This document shows, piece after piece, positions 48,040-62,321 of a stretch of DNA of 64,000 nt (positions within the stretch are counted from its first letter, which is position 1; every line of letters starts with the position of its first letter). Below the pieces are notes generated by a model that was not told where the DNA came from, made no database searches, and worked only from the letters and a program-made list of their open reading frames with translations. Made by a program: the position numbers and the translations under genes. This DNA is from Euprymna scolopes. Taxonomy: Eukaryota. The stretch lies in NCBI GenBank assembly GCA_053919585.1, contig CM132819.1. One strand, given 5' to 3'.

Positions 48040-48535
48040 ATTTTTTTTATTTTTTTACAAAGGAATCATCGCTTATCAATGCTCGGAGGCCACTCGAGGA
48101 TAAGGGTTAATGAGTGCACAGTAGTCAATGGGAAAATGTCGTAGTAATCGTTGGGTAAATCGGATTAATTAAGGCTTATCAAGAATTTGTTCACGTTGGA
48201 CTTAAAGACGACCATATTGTAGTCAGTTGGAAAGCAGGAAAATTGAAACAGCTCACTGGCGTGCAGTTCTAAGAAAGAACCTTTGTTCATGGAAACTACG
48301 TTTAGGTTTAGGCACAGATAAGGAGTGTGGGGAAATTATTGATAGTGGTTTCAGCTAGCTGAGTGTTTTTCGTGAAACTTAGGCCAGGGGGCTCATGGAT
48401 TGGAGCTCAGACGAGCACTTGCCATGAAAATAACGATAAAGCAGGGGCAGGCCCGCAACGCCTCTTCTGTGGGAAGGATGTTACAGGGAAGAGAAAAGGG
48501 CATCCCCCACTAGGTTACGAAGTCTATTTTGTTGA
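48040..48535 (-). mobile_element. 3' fragment of CR1/Zenon-like family B
   Basis: Homologous to ~38116-38595 with indels; shared 3' UTR. Confidence 0.9.
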
Positions 48536-49339
48536 ATTCTTTGTAATAATCAAACTATAGATCAATTTGTTTTGCATATATAAAAAATAGCCAGCAGTCA
48601 AGATGAAAAATAAGGACACATTATTACATATCCCGGAGATTGAACTTGTTCAAGGTCAATATTTTGTACTTTAAAAGAAAATATTGGAAGAAAATGAAAA
48701 ATAAATGAAAATATAAAAAAACGATCAAAGGAATTTTTGTAAATCTGAAATCTTTTCGACATCTGAGGTTGATGGAATTCCAGTGACATCTGGTTTATAT
48801 TGACCCTACATGAAACAAAACTAACATCCGGTTAATAAGAATGTTCTAAGGCAAAGGCAAAGTTTTATAAACATTTGAAACCAGGTTCAAAACAAGTTTG
48901 TTCAAAGTTTATCACGTTTTCTTTGATTCAAGTTTTTATTTATTTTAAAACTTTGAATGAACAAACAGCTTCTAAAACACGTCAACATGCAAACATTTTC
49001 GTTCCTTTTTTGTTTTAAATTAAAATATCTATTATTAATTTCAAATAATTGATATAGCCTTCGTTTCAATTTTTTAAAAATTAAAGAAAATAAAATATTT
49101 GCATCCTAAGATGATTGCTGTTCATTCAAAGCTTTTAAATTTTGTATTACTTGCCCCGATCAGACCACCGTTCCCATCGCGAGTGCAAAAGTCAGTAAGT
49201 GGAAGAGATAGAAAGAGAAAGAGGAAATGGGAAGAAAATGGGAGGGGGGGTAGTTTTGCTTTTGCAAAACATAATTAAGTTTCGCAAAAGGAAGAAAAAA
49301 ACGAAAAGCAACAATGTTAGGTGCATTTCGTTTCAGGAA

Positions 49340-52300
49340 GCCAATATCTTCAGACAGCCTGATCTGTTAGTACCAGTAGATATGAAGAAAGGAAAACTTG
49401 AAACATACAATGATAATGAAGAAAACTCATTTATAGTTTCTTCATTCTTCAAGAATATGAAAAAATATAAATAATCTCGGTCTTTTTAAGTGGACACCAG
49501 CAAATAGAGACAAAACAGACAATAAAAATAAACTAAAAACTCCTTCGAATTATAAATAAAATAAACTAATAAAATATAACCCATTCTATTAAAATACAAA
49601 AGATCTTTCATAAACTAACCAAAAGAAGAATTCGGAAAGTTGGAGACAATAAGCAAGAAAATAATAACTATTCCAGAAGTAGCACACTTTAAGAATGATG
49701 TGGATCGACGTTTCAAAATAAAAAAAGGAAGAAGATTCATATTATTAAACATTGCATATACAACTTCATAGAATATCACCGTCAGGTAAGCGAAAAAACG
49801 AAGAAGTAAACATGGAAAAAACAACGCGAAAATAGAAGCATTGGAAGAGAATCATGTACACAAACTATTCATAATGCGTACTAAATGCGTGATGCATGAT
49901 AAAACACGGAGTTGGTTGCGAAAAGAGCACTTGAAAAAGCAAGCTATAATATTACAAACTGTATTAAAAAATAATGCAATCAGAAAAAAAAACCTACATA
50001 TAAAACCAAATTAGGCAACACATGCGTAACATCAAATGTATACTTTGTGAAAAAAAGAGACGAAACGGTAAACCGCATAAGCGACGCAGTAGCTTATCTG
50101 AAAGGGGATATATAGATATTAGTACATTGGGAAGATAATCCATGAGGAATATTGCAAACGCTTGAACGTTGTACAGCTACAAATTGGGAGAATAAAATAT
50201 ATGAAAATATTACATGGAAATACAAAATCGAATAGCCATCCAGGTAAGAAGACCTGTTGTTATAATAAAGACCAAACAACATGCCAAATAGTACATTTCG
50301 CCGTCACAAGTATTCACAGAGCATAACTGAAAGAAAAAATAAATAAATAAATAAAAAAAATACTTGGACCTTGCTAGAGATCTAAAGAGAATAGAAAAGA
50401 GGAAGGAGCGATGGCGATACCAATAATTATCACTAGAAGCAGTGCCAACTAAAATCAACAAAAATTGAATTGAATGCAAAAACCCACTCATGTCACGAAG
50501 TAGCACTGAGTAATAACATGGAAGTAAAAATAAAACTAAAATATTACGGTTGAAGTCAAGGTAGTTTAGACTATTTGTTTGGACACAATACTATGTCAGT
50601 CCACGGAAATACCAAAGTGCTAAGGTTTATTTGCACTATGGAAAGTGACAGGGGAGAGCATAGAACTGGTAACATAGCGGGCGATTCAGATATAGAACAA
50701 TACAGAGAATATGAGATTCAAAACAATTAATCATACCCGACTAGTGCAGTAGTAGTAGTAGTAGTAATAATAATAATAATAATAATAGGGACCCTCACCA
50801 GCTCTAGTCCTATAGCTTACTAATAGCACCATTGAGAAAACAAATTTAGAATGCCCTTAATAACTGTGGATTACTTTCCGAACAAAAGAAAGGATGCCTA
50901 AATGGAAAAAGAAGGGCACAATTTATGCAGAAGCCAAGGCGGTAAGTATGGAATTTTAAATTGAAAGGAAAACCAAGGAAAGAAAATGAACAAATAAAAG
51001 CTAAATGTGAAACCCAGATAAACAAACTTCAAAAATAAGCTAAAGCAATAAACACGATGAAACGGAAGAGAAAGGATGAAAACATGAAAATTTGAATCGT
51101 AAGGACAGGCTAAACATGAAATATGAAGAACTAATACAGAAAATAGCAGCAAGAGAAAAAGATTAAGACGATACAAATGCAAATCAGCAAAACAATGAAA
51201 GTAATGAAAGCCAAGAAAGAAAAAAAAAAAACAAAGACAGAATAACCGGATCCGACAGAAAAAATGCTCTACTGCATCAAGATATGCAAAGAGCAACAGA
51301 AATGCTAAAAGATACGAAAGAAGAGTTACAATAAATCAAAGAATCGACAGAGATTGAAATCAGCAAGGACCCCGCTCCCCACAACCATAAAGAAAGCGGC
51401 AAACTGGCGAGCACCGGGTTACGATGGAATTCATACGTACTAGGTCCAAAACTTCACGACGCTACATGAAAGGCTAATTCGAAAAAATGAAAAGATGTAT
51501 CCACGCAGTAGACGTGCCAGAATGGGTGACCAAAAGTAGAACCACACTAATCCAAAAGCACATAGAAAACGGAACAGCACTCAGCAACTACGGGCCTATA
51601 ACTTGCTTACCAACAACGTGAAAAATGTTTTAAAAAATCTGCGAAAACAGATTTACCACTCCGTTAATAATCGTGAACTACTTCCTGAGGAACAGAAAGG
51701 ATGCCGAAATGGAAGAAAGAGAAACGCATGATGTAATATATATAAACCAAATATCCTGGAGGAAGTAAAAAGTGATAAAAGAATATAGTCTACAAGAAAG
51801 CGTACGACAGAATCCCTCAATAATAAATAATAGAATTCTTGAAAATGAACAAAATACCAGATAACATTTTCAATCTAATTGAAAAAGCAATGAAAAAAAT
51901 GGAGACTTGAACCGACAGCTAATGGACAATACATAACTTAAATCAAAATACAAAGAGGAATCTTCTAAAGAGAGTGCCTGCTCATCATAGCCATGATGCT
52001 CTTTAACGATATACTAAAGAAATGCCAAGTTGGATCCACATTTACTAATACAGACGAAATAATGAAGCACGTAATGTTTATGGGCGATCTGAAGCTTTTT
52101 GCAAGAAACAAAAAGGAGAGAGAGGTGCTAATAAACAAAAGCAAAATCTTCAGCCAAAATATCCGAATGGAATTTGGAAGAGTGTGCACTGCTAGTTCTG
52201 AGTATGGAAAAACCGAAGGCAATGGAACTACCCAAACAAACGGAGATGAAGGCACTAAGCAAACATGACAGCTAAAACTGTCTGGGAGTCTTGGGAGATA

Positions 52301-52490
52301 TGAGAGATGAAATACATAAGAACAAAAATACTCGTAGAAACTTAACTATATAAAAGAAACCTAATTAAAGTTGTAAACATATATCCGGACCGTTCAGATG
52401 AAATGCAAATCCAGTACGAAAGAAGAACTGGGGTATCTCGACGAGAAGAACGGGAAAACATGCAACAGATGATGCTGACCAACTCTACGT
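49340..52490 (+). mobile_element. Degenerate R4/Dong-like non-LTR fragments
   Basis: NWRAPGYDGIH, NYGPITCL, LPEEQKGC, YKKAYD and HVMFMGDLKLFA remnants with many disruptions. Confidence 0.8.
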
Positions 52491-52926
52491 TTTTCTAGTG
52501 TATGTGTAAATTCTGCGCTTTATTGCAGGTCGATATTTTTTTAATTTTGAAATTGTTATTAAACGGAGAGAAGTGAAATTTGGCACACTGAAAGAGCATA
52601 ACAAGGTGCCTTATTCCCCTGATTTTTAAAAAATATTGACTTGCAATAAAGCAAGTGTTTATGAAAGTTGTAGTAGATTTTAGTGTGAACCTATTCAACT
52701 TCTTTCATGTGTGACTATTTAAAAATATCGAGCCAATCTAAATATTGAAATCGAAGAAAGCGATTTTACTGCCAACATAGACCAATATGTGCGAGAAATC
52801 AAAACTGAATAGATTCCTATATGCGCTTTTTGATACCGAATCTATCGACTGGTCAATTTTACTTAACATATAGGATAAATACATTTCAAACAAAACATAT
52901 TAAATAATTTCTTTCTTTTGTTGTAG

Positions 52927-52979
52927 CCCACTGGAGCATTTGATCTGGAAACAGTTCAGAAATACGGAAAAGTTGCCGG
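52927..52979 (+). CDS. CYP3A-like: CYP3A-like coding exon 3
   Basis: TTGTAG acceptor, GTATGA donor. Encodes PTGAFDLETVQKYGKVA(G) with the KYGKV motif; 53 nt, phase 0 to 2. Confidence 0.9.
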
Positions 52980-53082
52980 GTATGACTTTTTTTTTTTTTA
53001 CTTTGTTCAAATTTTATTTGGAGAGGAGGACTTCTTCTATGTTTTCATGGTTTCTTATCTACGTCTTTTTCTTCTCATCCAG

Positions 53083-53179
53083 TTATTATCTTGGAAATTT
53101 TCCTTCACTTTTAATCGCCGACCCCCAAATTCTGAAATGTATTTGCGTCAGAGAATTCGCAAATTTTACAAACAGATAT
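53083..53179 (+). CDS. CYP3A-like: CYP3A-like coding exon 4
   Basis: CCAG acceptor, GTAAGT donor. Encodes YYLGNFPSLLIADPQILKCICVREFANFTNRY (P.L.I.DP...K.I.V.EF..FTNR pattern of clan-3 P450s). Confidence 0.93.
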
Positions 53180-53957
53180 GTAAGTAGTTTATTGTCTATT
53201 CTTCTATTTTTGTGTGTCGAATGGAAAAAGCTAAGTCATCTAATTAAGCTAAGTCAAATCAATTTATTTACTAAAATGCGTTTTATGAAAAAATGTTCTT
53301 TACATCTAATCCTATTTTTAAAATATTTTAATTACTATTGAATATAATTATTATATCATTTTGTGATATAGATGATGATTGTAAAATCTATTTTAAAATG
53401 TTTAAATCTATGTAGTTTTCACAACACACAAAAAACATAAAATGTTGATTAGTTATATTCATTCATCATAGTCGCATGGTACTAAGAATCTTTTAATTAT
53501 TGAACATTTTTGAAATCATTTAAAATATCGTTCAACCTGCAAACTATCGTATACACAAACACGACGAAATTTAAAAGACAGTCTTATCAGAGGATCCTGG
53601 TGAATTTAAGCGAGATAGTATTGATTATTTCCTCTTATTGATGAATTGGACAATTACTCGGTTAGCATCGAAAAGTGGAATTCTAAACTTTGCGAAGATT
53701 TGAAGCTGTGAAGTCAACTTTCATATGAACTTATAACATTGTTCTTCTGAAACTCTGAGAATTCTAGTGCTTATTTCGTCAGTGGAATACTTAAATGGGG
53801 ATATGTCATAAATAAACTGAAAATAAAATTTTTAAAAAATATCAATTTGTGTAAAATATCGATTTTTTTAAGTTTTGCTGCTGCTTTGTATGGTTCTGCA
53901 TTAGAGAAATTTTAAATATGAATGAATTATTTTTTATGGAGTGCCTATTCATTTTTT

Positions 53958-54411
53958 ATGTTTGTATATATGATGCTTGTATATATAATGCTTGTATATA
54001 TAATGTTGGTATATATGATGTTTGTATATATGATGTTTGTATATATGATGTTTGTATATATGATGTTTGTATATATGATGTTTGTATATATGATGTTTGT
54101 ATATATGATGTTTGTATATATGATGTTTGTATATATGATGTTTGTATCTATGATGTTTATATATATGATGTTTGTATATATGATGTTTGTATATATGATG
54201 TTTGTATATATGATGTTTGTATATATGATGTTTGTATATATGATGTTTGTATATATAATGTTTGTATATATAATGTTTTTATATATAATGTTTGTATATA
54301 TAATGTTTTTATATATAATGTTTGTATATATAATGTTTGTATATATAATGTTTGTATATATAATGTTTGTATATATAATGTTTGTATATATAATGTTTTT
54401 ATATATGATGT
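53958..54411. repeat. 15-bp minisatellite TGATGTTTGTATATA in CYP intron 4
   Basis: About 30 near-perfect copies. Confidence 0.97.
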
Positions 54412-54580
54412 CCGTATGTATGTTGTGCTGTGTTTCTAAATCCATCTAAAAGTAAATCTAGTACGAAAGAAACAAATCAATTAGTCAATCAGGATTACTT
54501 GTCTGATTTTTTATTTCTTTTCATTATAGATGGAACAAGTTTTGCTTAATTTTATATTTCTATATTTTTTTTAATTGTAG

Positions 54581-54703
54581 AACCAATTCAGCATTCCCAG
54601 GAAGTCCATTTTCAGTTCATTTTTGACTTCAAGTAAAGATGATCATTGGAAATTTATGCGAAGTGTTTTGGCCCCGACATTTAGTTCCAGGCGAATGCGC
54701 GAG
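54581..54703 (+). CDS. CYP3A-like: CYP3A-like coding exon 5 (helix C)
   Basis: TTGTAG acceptor, GTAAGT donor. Encodes NQFSIPRKSIFSSFLTSSKDDHWKFMRSVLAPTFSSRRMRE with WxxxR and L.PTFS motifs. Confidence 0.93.
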
Positions 54704-55056
54704 GTAAGTTTTGTCTTTTCCCCCTTTAGATTGTCATTGATTTTAGTTTATGAATCTAGTGATTGTGAATCCATTATTTAACATATAATAATATATCTCT
54801 TCTTGAGAATATTGAAACCATTTTTTATAGATTTAGTATTAAAGCATGATTATCGATCATTGTTTCCAAATAGAGAGATCTAACGGAGAAATCTATTGAC
54901 ATGCTTATTATTCTTGTATTTTCTTATTTGTTACAAACTTACTTTAATCATGTTTTATACCTTCTTTTTAATAATCGAGTGTTATTTTTCATTATTCATT
55001 CTTAATTTTCAGTTGCAAAAGTTTTACATTTTACTTAAAAAAATCAAAAACAGCGT

Positions 55057-55670
55057 TATAATATCATAAAATATAATATCATAATATATAATATCATAAA
55101 ATATAATATAATAAAATATNNNNNNNNNNNNNNNNNNNNNNNNNNNNNNNNNNNNNNNNNNNNNNNNNNNNNNNNNNNNNNNNNNNNNNNNNNNNNNNNN
55201 NNNNNNNNNNNNNNNNNNNNNNNNNNNNNNNNNNNNNNNNNNNNNNNNNNNNNNNNNNNNNNNNNNNNNNNNNNNNNNNNNNNNNNNNNNNNNNNNNNNN
55301 NNNNNNNNNNNNNNNNNNNNNNNNNNNNNNNNNNNNNNNNNNNNNNNNNNNNNNNNNNNNNNNNNNNNNNNNNNNNNNNNNNNNNNNNNNNNNNNNNNNN
55401 NNNNNNNNNNNNNNNNNNNNNNNNNNNTAACATATATATATAATATCATAATATAACATATATATATAATATCATAATATAACATATATATATAATATCA
55501 TAATATAACATATATATATAATATCATAATATAACATATATATATAATATCATAATATAACATATATATATATAATATCATAACATAACATATATATATA
55601 TATAATATCATAACATAACATATATATATAATATCATAATATATATATAATATACTAATATATATAATAT
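55057..55670. repeat. AT-rich tandem repeat (AATATCATAATATAACATATATATAT) around a gap
   Basis: Direct inspection. Confidence 0.85.
55120..55427. other. Assembly gap
   Basis: Run of 308 N. Confidence 1.
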
Positions 55671-56044
55671 AATAATAATTGCCAATACTAAATGCTTATT
55701 TATGATTGGCAATCTTCAAGGGAAAATTTTAAAGTTTTTGAACAAAATTGCTTTCGTTTTACAATCTATATTACTAAAACTCTTATGTAAAACTGCTGCT
55801 TTATGTTCAGCAGTAGACCGAAAAAAGATGAATGAACGAAGTATAAACTTAGTACATTTATTAAAGCCATTTACAAGTAGGAAGCTGATTCAAAGTTGCT
55901 GGATGAGTGCAAAGGAGATCAATCTGCTTTCTATTAGTTTAAGTTTTAAAATGTAATGTGAGATGGCTTCCTAAATATTGAATAATTAATTCACACGAAA
56001 CTTTAATTTTTAGTAAAAATGCGCCTGTTTTCAAATTATTTTTT

Positions 56045-59000
56045 AATTATTTGGATAAAACAGTTAACACAATGATTTGAATAAAACAGTAAACATAATT
56101 ATTTGGATAAAACAGAAAACATAATTATTTGGATAAAACAGAAAACATATTTTTTGGATAAAACAGTAAACATATTTTTTGGATTAAAGAGTAAACATAT
56201 TTTTTGGATTAAAGAGTAAACATATTTTTTGGATTAAAGAGTAACCATAACTATTTGGATAAAACAGTAAACATAATTATTTGGATAAAACAGTAAAAAT
56301 AATTAATTGGATTAAACAGTAAACATAATTATTTTGATAAAAAAATAAACGTAACTATTTGCAAAAAACAGTAAACATAATTATTTGGATAAAAGAGTAA
56401 ACACAATTATTTGAATTAAACAGTAAACGTAATTATTTGGATAAAACAGTAAAATTAATTATTTGGATAAAACAGTAAACATAACTATTTGGATTAAACA
56501 ATAAACATAATTATTTGGATTAAACAGTAAACATAATTATTTGGATTAAACAATAAACATAATTATTTGGATTAAGCAGTAAACGTAATTATTTGGATAA
56601 AACAGTAAGCATAATTATTTGGATTAAACAGTAAACCTAATTATTTGGATAAAAGACTAAACATAACTATTTGGATTCAACAGTAAAAATAACTATTTGT
56701 ATTAAACAGTAAACATAATTATTTGGATTAAACAGTAAACTTAACTATTTGGATAAAACAGTAAACATACTTTTTGACAAAACAGTAAACACAATTTTTT
56801 GATAAAACAGTAAACATAATTATTTGGATTAAACAGTAAACATAATTATTTGGATTAAACAGTAAACATAATTATTTGGATTAAACAGTAAACATAATTA
56901 TCTGGATTAAACAGTAAACATAATTATTTGGATTAAACAGTAAACATAATTATTTGGATTAAACAGTAAACATAATTATTTGGATTAAACAGTAAACATA
57001 ATTATTTGGATTTAACAGTAAACATAACTATTTGGATTAAACAGTGAACATATTTATTTGGATTAAACAGTAAACATAATTATTTTTATAAAACCGTAAA
57101 CATAATTATTTGGATAAAACAGTAAACATAATTATTTGGATACAACAGTAAACATAATTATTTTGATTGAACAGTAAACCTAATTATTTTGATCAAACAG
57201 TAAACATAACTATTTGGATTCAACTGTAAACATAATTGTTTGGATAAAACAGTAAACATAACTATTTGGATTTAACAGTAAACATAATTAAATGGATTAA
57301 ACAGTAAATATAATTATTTGGATAAAACAGTAAACATAATTATTTGGATTAAACAGTAAACATAATCATTTGGATTAAACAGTAAACATAATTATATGGA
57401 TAAAACAGTAAACATAACTATTTGGAAAAAACAGTAAATTCAATTATTTGGATAAAACAGTAAACATAATTATTTGGATTAAACAGTAAACATAATTATT
57501 TGGATTAAACACTAAACATAATTATTTGGATAAAACAGTAAACATAAGTATTTGGATTCAACAGTAAACATAAATATTTGGATTCAACAGTAAACATAAA
57601 TATTTAGATTCAACAGACAACATACTTTTTTGGATAAACCAGTAAACCTAACTACTTGGATTAAACAGTAAACATAATTATTTGGATTAAACAGTAAATA
57701 TAATCATTTGGATTAAACACTAAACATAATTATTCGGATAAAAGAGTAAACATAATTATTTGGATTAAACAGTAAACATAATCATTTGGATTAAACAGTA
57801 AACATAATTATATGGATAAAACAGTAAACATAATTATTTGGATAAAAAAGTAAACATAACTATTTTGGACAAAACAGTAAACATAATTTTTTGGATAAAA
57901 CAGTAAACATGATTTTTTGGATAAAACAGTAAACATAATTTTTTGGATAAAACAGTAAACATAACTATTTGGATAAAACAGTAAACATAATTATTTGGAT
58001 TAAACAGTAAACATAATTATTTGGATTAAACAGTAAACATAATTATTTGGATTAAACAGCAAACATAATTATTTGGATTAAACAGTAAACATAATTATTT
58101 GGATAAAACAGTAAACATAATTATTTGGATAAAACAGTAAATATAATTATTTGGATTAAACAGTAAACATAATTATTTGGATTAAACAGTAAACATAATT
58201 ATTTGGATTAAACAGTAAACATAATTATTTGGATAAAACGGTAAATATAATTATTTGGATTAAACAGTAAACATAATTATTTGGATAAAACAGTAAACAT
58301 AATTATTTGGATAACACAGTAAACATAATTATTTGGATAAAACAGTAAATATTTTTTTTGGATAAAACAGTAAACATAATTATTTGGATTAAACAGTAAA
58401 GATAATTATTTGGATTAAACAGTAAACATAATTATTTGGATTAAACAGTAAACATAATTATTTGGATTAAACAGTAAACATAATTATTTGGATTAAACAA
58501 TAAACATAACTATTTGGATTAAACAGTAAACATAACTATTTGGATTAAACAGTAAACATAACTATTTGGATTAAACAGTAAAAATAATTATTTGGGTTAA
58601 GCAGTAAACATAATTATTTGGTTTAAACAGTAAACATAATTATATGGATTAACAGTAAACATAATTATTTGGATAAAACAGTAAACATAATTTTTTTGGA
58701 TAAAACAGTAAACATCATTATTTGGATAAAACAGTAAACATAATTATTTTGATTAAACAGTAAACATAACTATTTGGATAAAACAGTAAACAATTATTTG
58801 GATAAATAGTAAACATAACTATTTGGATAAAACAGTAAATATAATTATTTGGATTAAACAGTAAACATAATTATTTGGATACAACAGTAAAAATAATTAT
58901 TTTGATTGAACAGTAAACCTAATTATTTTGATTAAACAGTAAACATAACTATTTGGATTCAACTGTAAACATAATTGTTTGGATAAAACAGTAAACATAA

Positions 59001-60838
59001 CTATTTGGATTAAACAGTAAACATAACTATTTGGATAAAACAGTAAATTTAATTATTTGGATAAAACAGTAAACATAATTATTTGGATTAAACAGTAAAC
59101 ATAATTATTTGGATTAAACAGTAAACATAATTATTTGGATAAAACAGTAAACATAAGTATTTGGATTCAACACTAAACATAATTATTTTGATAAAACAGT
59201 AAACATAACGTTTTGGATAAAACAGTAAACATAATTATTTGGATAAAACAGTAAACATAATTATTTGGATAAAACAGTAAACATAATTTTTTGGATAAAA
59301 CAATAAATATTTTTTTTTGGATAAAACAGTAAACATAATTATTTGGATTAAACAGTAAACATAATTATTTGGATTAAACAGTAAACATAATTATTTGGAT
59401 TAAACAGTAAACATAATTATTTGGATAAAACAGTAAACATAATTATTTGGATAAAACAGTAAACAATTATTTGGATAACACAGTAAACATAATTATGTGG
59501 ATTAAACAGTAAACATAATTATTTGGATTAAACAGTAAACATAATTATTTGGATTAAACAGTAAACATAATTATTTGGATAAAACAGTAAACATAATTAT
59601 GTGGATTAAACAGTAAACATAATTATGTGGATTAAACAGTAAACATAATTATTTGGATTAAACAGTAAATATAATTATTTGGATAAAACAGTAAACATAA
59701 TTATTTGGATTAAACAGTAAATATAATTATTTGGATAAAACAGTAAACATAATTTTTGGATAAAACAGTAAACATAATTTTTTGGATAAAACAGTAAACA
59801 TAATTATTTGGATTTAACAGTAAACATAATTATATTGATAAAATAGTAAACATAACTATTTGGATAAAACAGTAAATATAATTATTTGGATAAAACAGTA
59901 AACATAATTATTTGGATAAAACCGTAAACATAATTATTTTGATAACCCAGTAAACATAATTATTTGGATAAAACAGTAAACATAACTATTTGGATTAAAC
60001 AGTAAATATAATTATTTGGATTAAACAGTTAATATAATTATTTGGATGAAACAGTAAACATAATTATTTGGATAAAACAGTAAACATAATTATTTGGATA
60101 AAACAGTAAACATAATTATTTGGATAACACAGTAAACATAATTATTTGGATTAAACAGTAAACATAATTATTTGGATTACACAGGAAACATAATTATTTT
60201 GATAAAACAGTAAATATAATTATTTGGACTAAACAGTAAACATAATTATTTGGATTAAACAGTAAACATAATGTTTTGGATAAAACAGTAAACATAATTA
60301 TTTGGATTAAACAGTAAATATAATTATTTGGATTAAACAGTAAATATAATTATTTGGATAAAACAGTAAACATAATTGTTTGGATTAAACAGTAAATATA
60401 ATTTTTTGGATAAAACAGTAAACATAATTTTTTGGATAAAACAGTAAACATAATTATTTGGATTAAACAGTAAACATAATTATTTGGATTAAACAGTAAA
60501 CATAACTATTTGTATAAAACAGTAAACATAATTTTTTATAAAACAGTAAACATAATTTTTTTGATAAAACAGTAAACATAATTATTTGGATTAAACAGTA
60601 AATATAATTATTTGGATAAAACAGTAAACATAATTATTTGGATTGAACAGTAAACCTAATTATTTTGATTAAACAGTAAACAGTATTATTTGGATGAAAC
60701 AGTAAACATAATTATTTGGATTAAACAGTAAACATAATTATTTTGATAAAACAGTAAACATAATTGTTTGATAAAACAGTAAACATAATTATTTGGATAA
60801 AACAGTAAACATAATTATTTGGATAAAACAGTAAACAA
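56045..60838. repeat. 26-bp satellite TATTTGGATWAAACAGTAAACATAAT, ~180 copies
   Basis: Direct periodicity over ~4.8 kb. Confidence 0.98.
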
Positions 60839-61499
60839 AGTTAAATTATTTTCTTTTAAAACAAGTATAAAAAGAATAATTAAAAGAATCTCTTTTTATT
60901 GCAATATAGGCATAAATTTTCCGATTCTGATACTGAATTGAATACCATAAAAAGTTCCGATTTTTTCGAGTCCCGATTTTTTCGAGTCCCGATTCCGATT
61001 CCGCTGAATTGTTCCAATAGTGAGATCGAATTCTGCAAAGTGATTGGTGCCGTTAAGTATGATGAAGAAATCATCTGGGATTTGCAATAGATATTGGTGA
61101 TTCCCTAGTTGAAACGAGTTGAAAAGTCAGTGCACAGTCGAATTAAACCATTGACTTTATTTGCAAACCTCTCCCCTACCATCATAAACCTGTTGCCAAT
61201 CCTAAATATATCTCTACTGTTCAGTTTTTTGTGTCATTTCATTAACCATCACATTTTAACAATCTTCTGGTGCTTTTGTTCCCATCATCTAAATTACAAC
61301 CTTAATCCTCCTTTGTCTACCTCGATAAACCTACTTCCTTTTCTTTTATTATATTTTCTCTGCTTCCTGACACTCAAGGACGCCGATTGTATCACAGCCG
61401 AATAGGATGCCCATTGAGTTATACTGCAACGTAGTAATGGTTAGATTTTCTGTCGTGAGAAAGATTGCTGCCAGGATTTTTGTATTTGTTTTGCTTTGT

Positions 61500-62090
61500 G
61501 GGTTTTATATACTGTGTGTTGATTTGTATCCGATTTATACTCTAGGCGATTGCATCTGTGTGCTTTGAATAGATAGTGCCAAATAAAATGCTAGCTGTAA
61601 TCAATTGCAGAACTGATAGATGTTGAAGTCAGTGGAGTGGAATGATGTTGTCCTTAAATTGTCTTAACCGTTGATGATATCGATTGTTTCACGATACTTG
61701 AAGAATTCTTTAGAGTTACAAGCCATTCGACTGTTGTAATAGTATATGAAAATTTTGTTATATTTTCCGCAAAATCCATCTGCGAATATTCACCCCTTTC
61801 GCTGATCTCAGGCCAGGCACAACAATGAAACATTTTAATTGAACATTCATGGCGGAAGTAATTTTTAAACGCTCAAATTCTTTGTTTACCATGCCTGCGT
61901 TAGGGTCAGAATCGGTCAAATCGCACGTTCGTGTGTTCAGATAACTGAAACCCATATTTCTTATTTGTTAGACATTTGTTTCGTCATCTTCTGGATTTTT
62001 ACCACCACTTTTAACTAACAGTGCATGCGCTTCGTCACTTAGTGTGTACGCTTTCTTTTAACTGAAAGCGTTGTCATTCTACAGTTGTCC
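61500..62090 (-). mobile_element. Degenerate Mag-type Gypsy gag fragment
   Basis: AGMVNKEFERLKI...QLKCFIVVPGLRSAKGVNIRRWIL parallels the gag at 8482-8864. Confidence 0.7.
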
Positions 62091-62271
62091 TACTCTACGT
62101 TTTAAGTAGGCACCGCCAAAACTGGGGGGGGGGGCAGGCAAGTACTTTTTGACGGACCGTCTTTTTAAAAATCTACCAAAAATCAGGTAATTATCCAATC
62201 AATACGATATTTTCAGCGATTATTAAGAGAAGAATGAACTTTATAACAGTGTACTTATTTTTCATAAACGG

Positions 62272-62321
<50 letters not shown>

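Noticed and set aside
53918-54449. Cys/Tyr-rich repeat proteins (YDVCI)n
   Set aside because: 15-bp intronic minisatellite that is open in several frames.
55702-55956. Candidate CYP exon 6
   Set aside because: No convincing acceptor/donor pair or helix-D similarity; exon 6 is probably downstream or in the gap.
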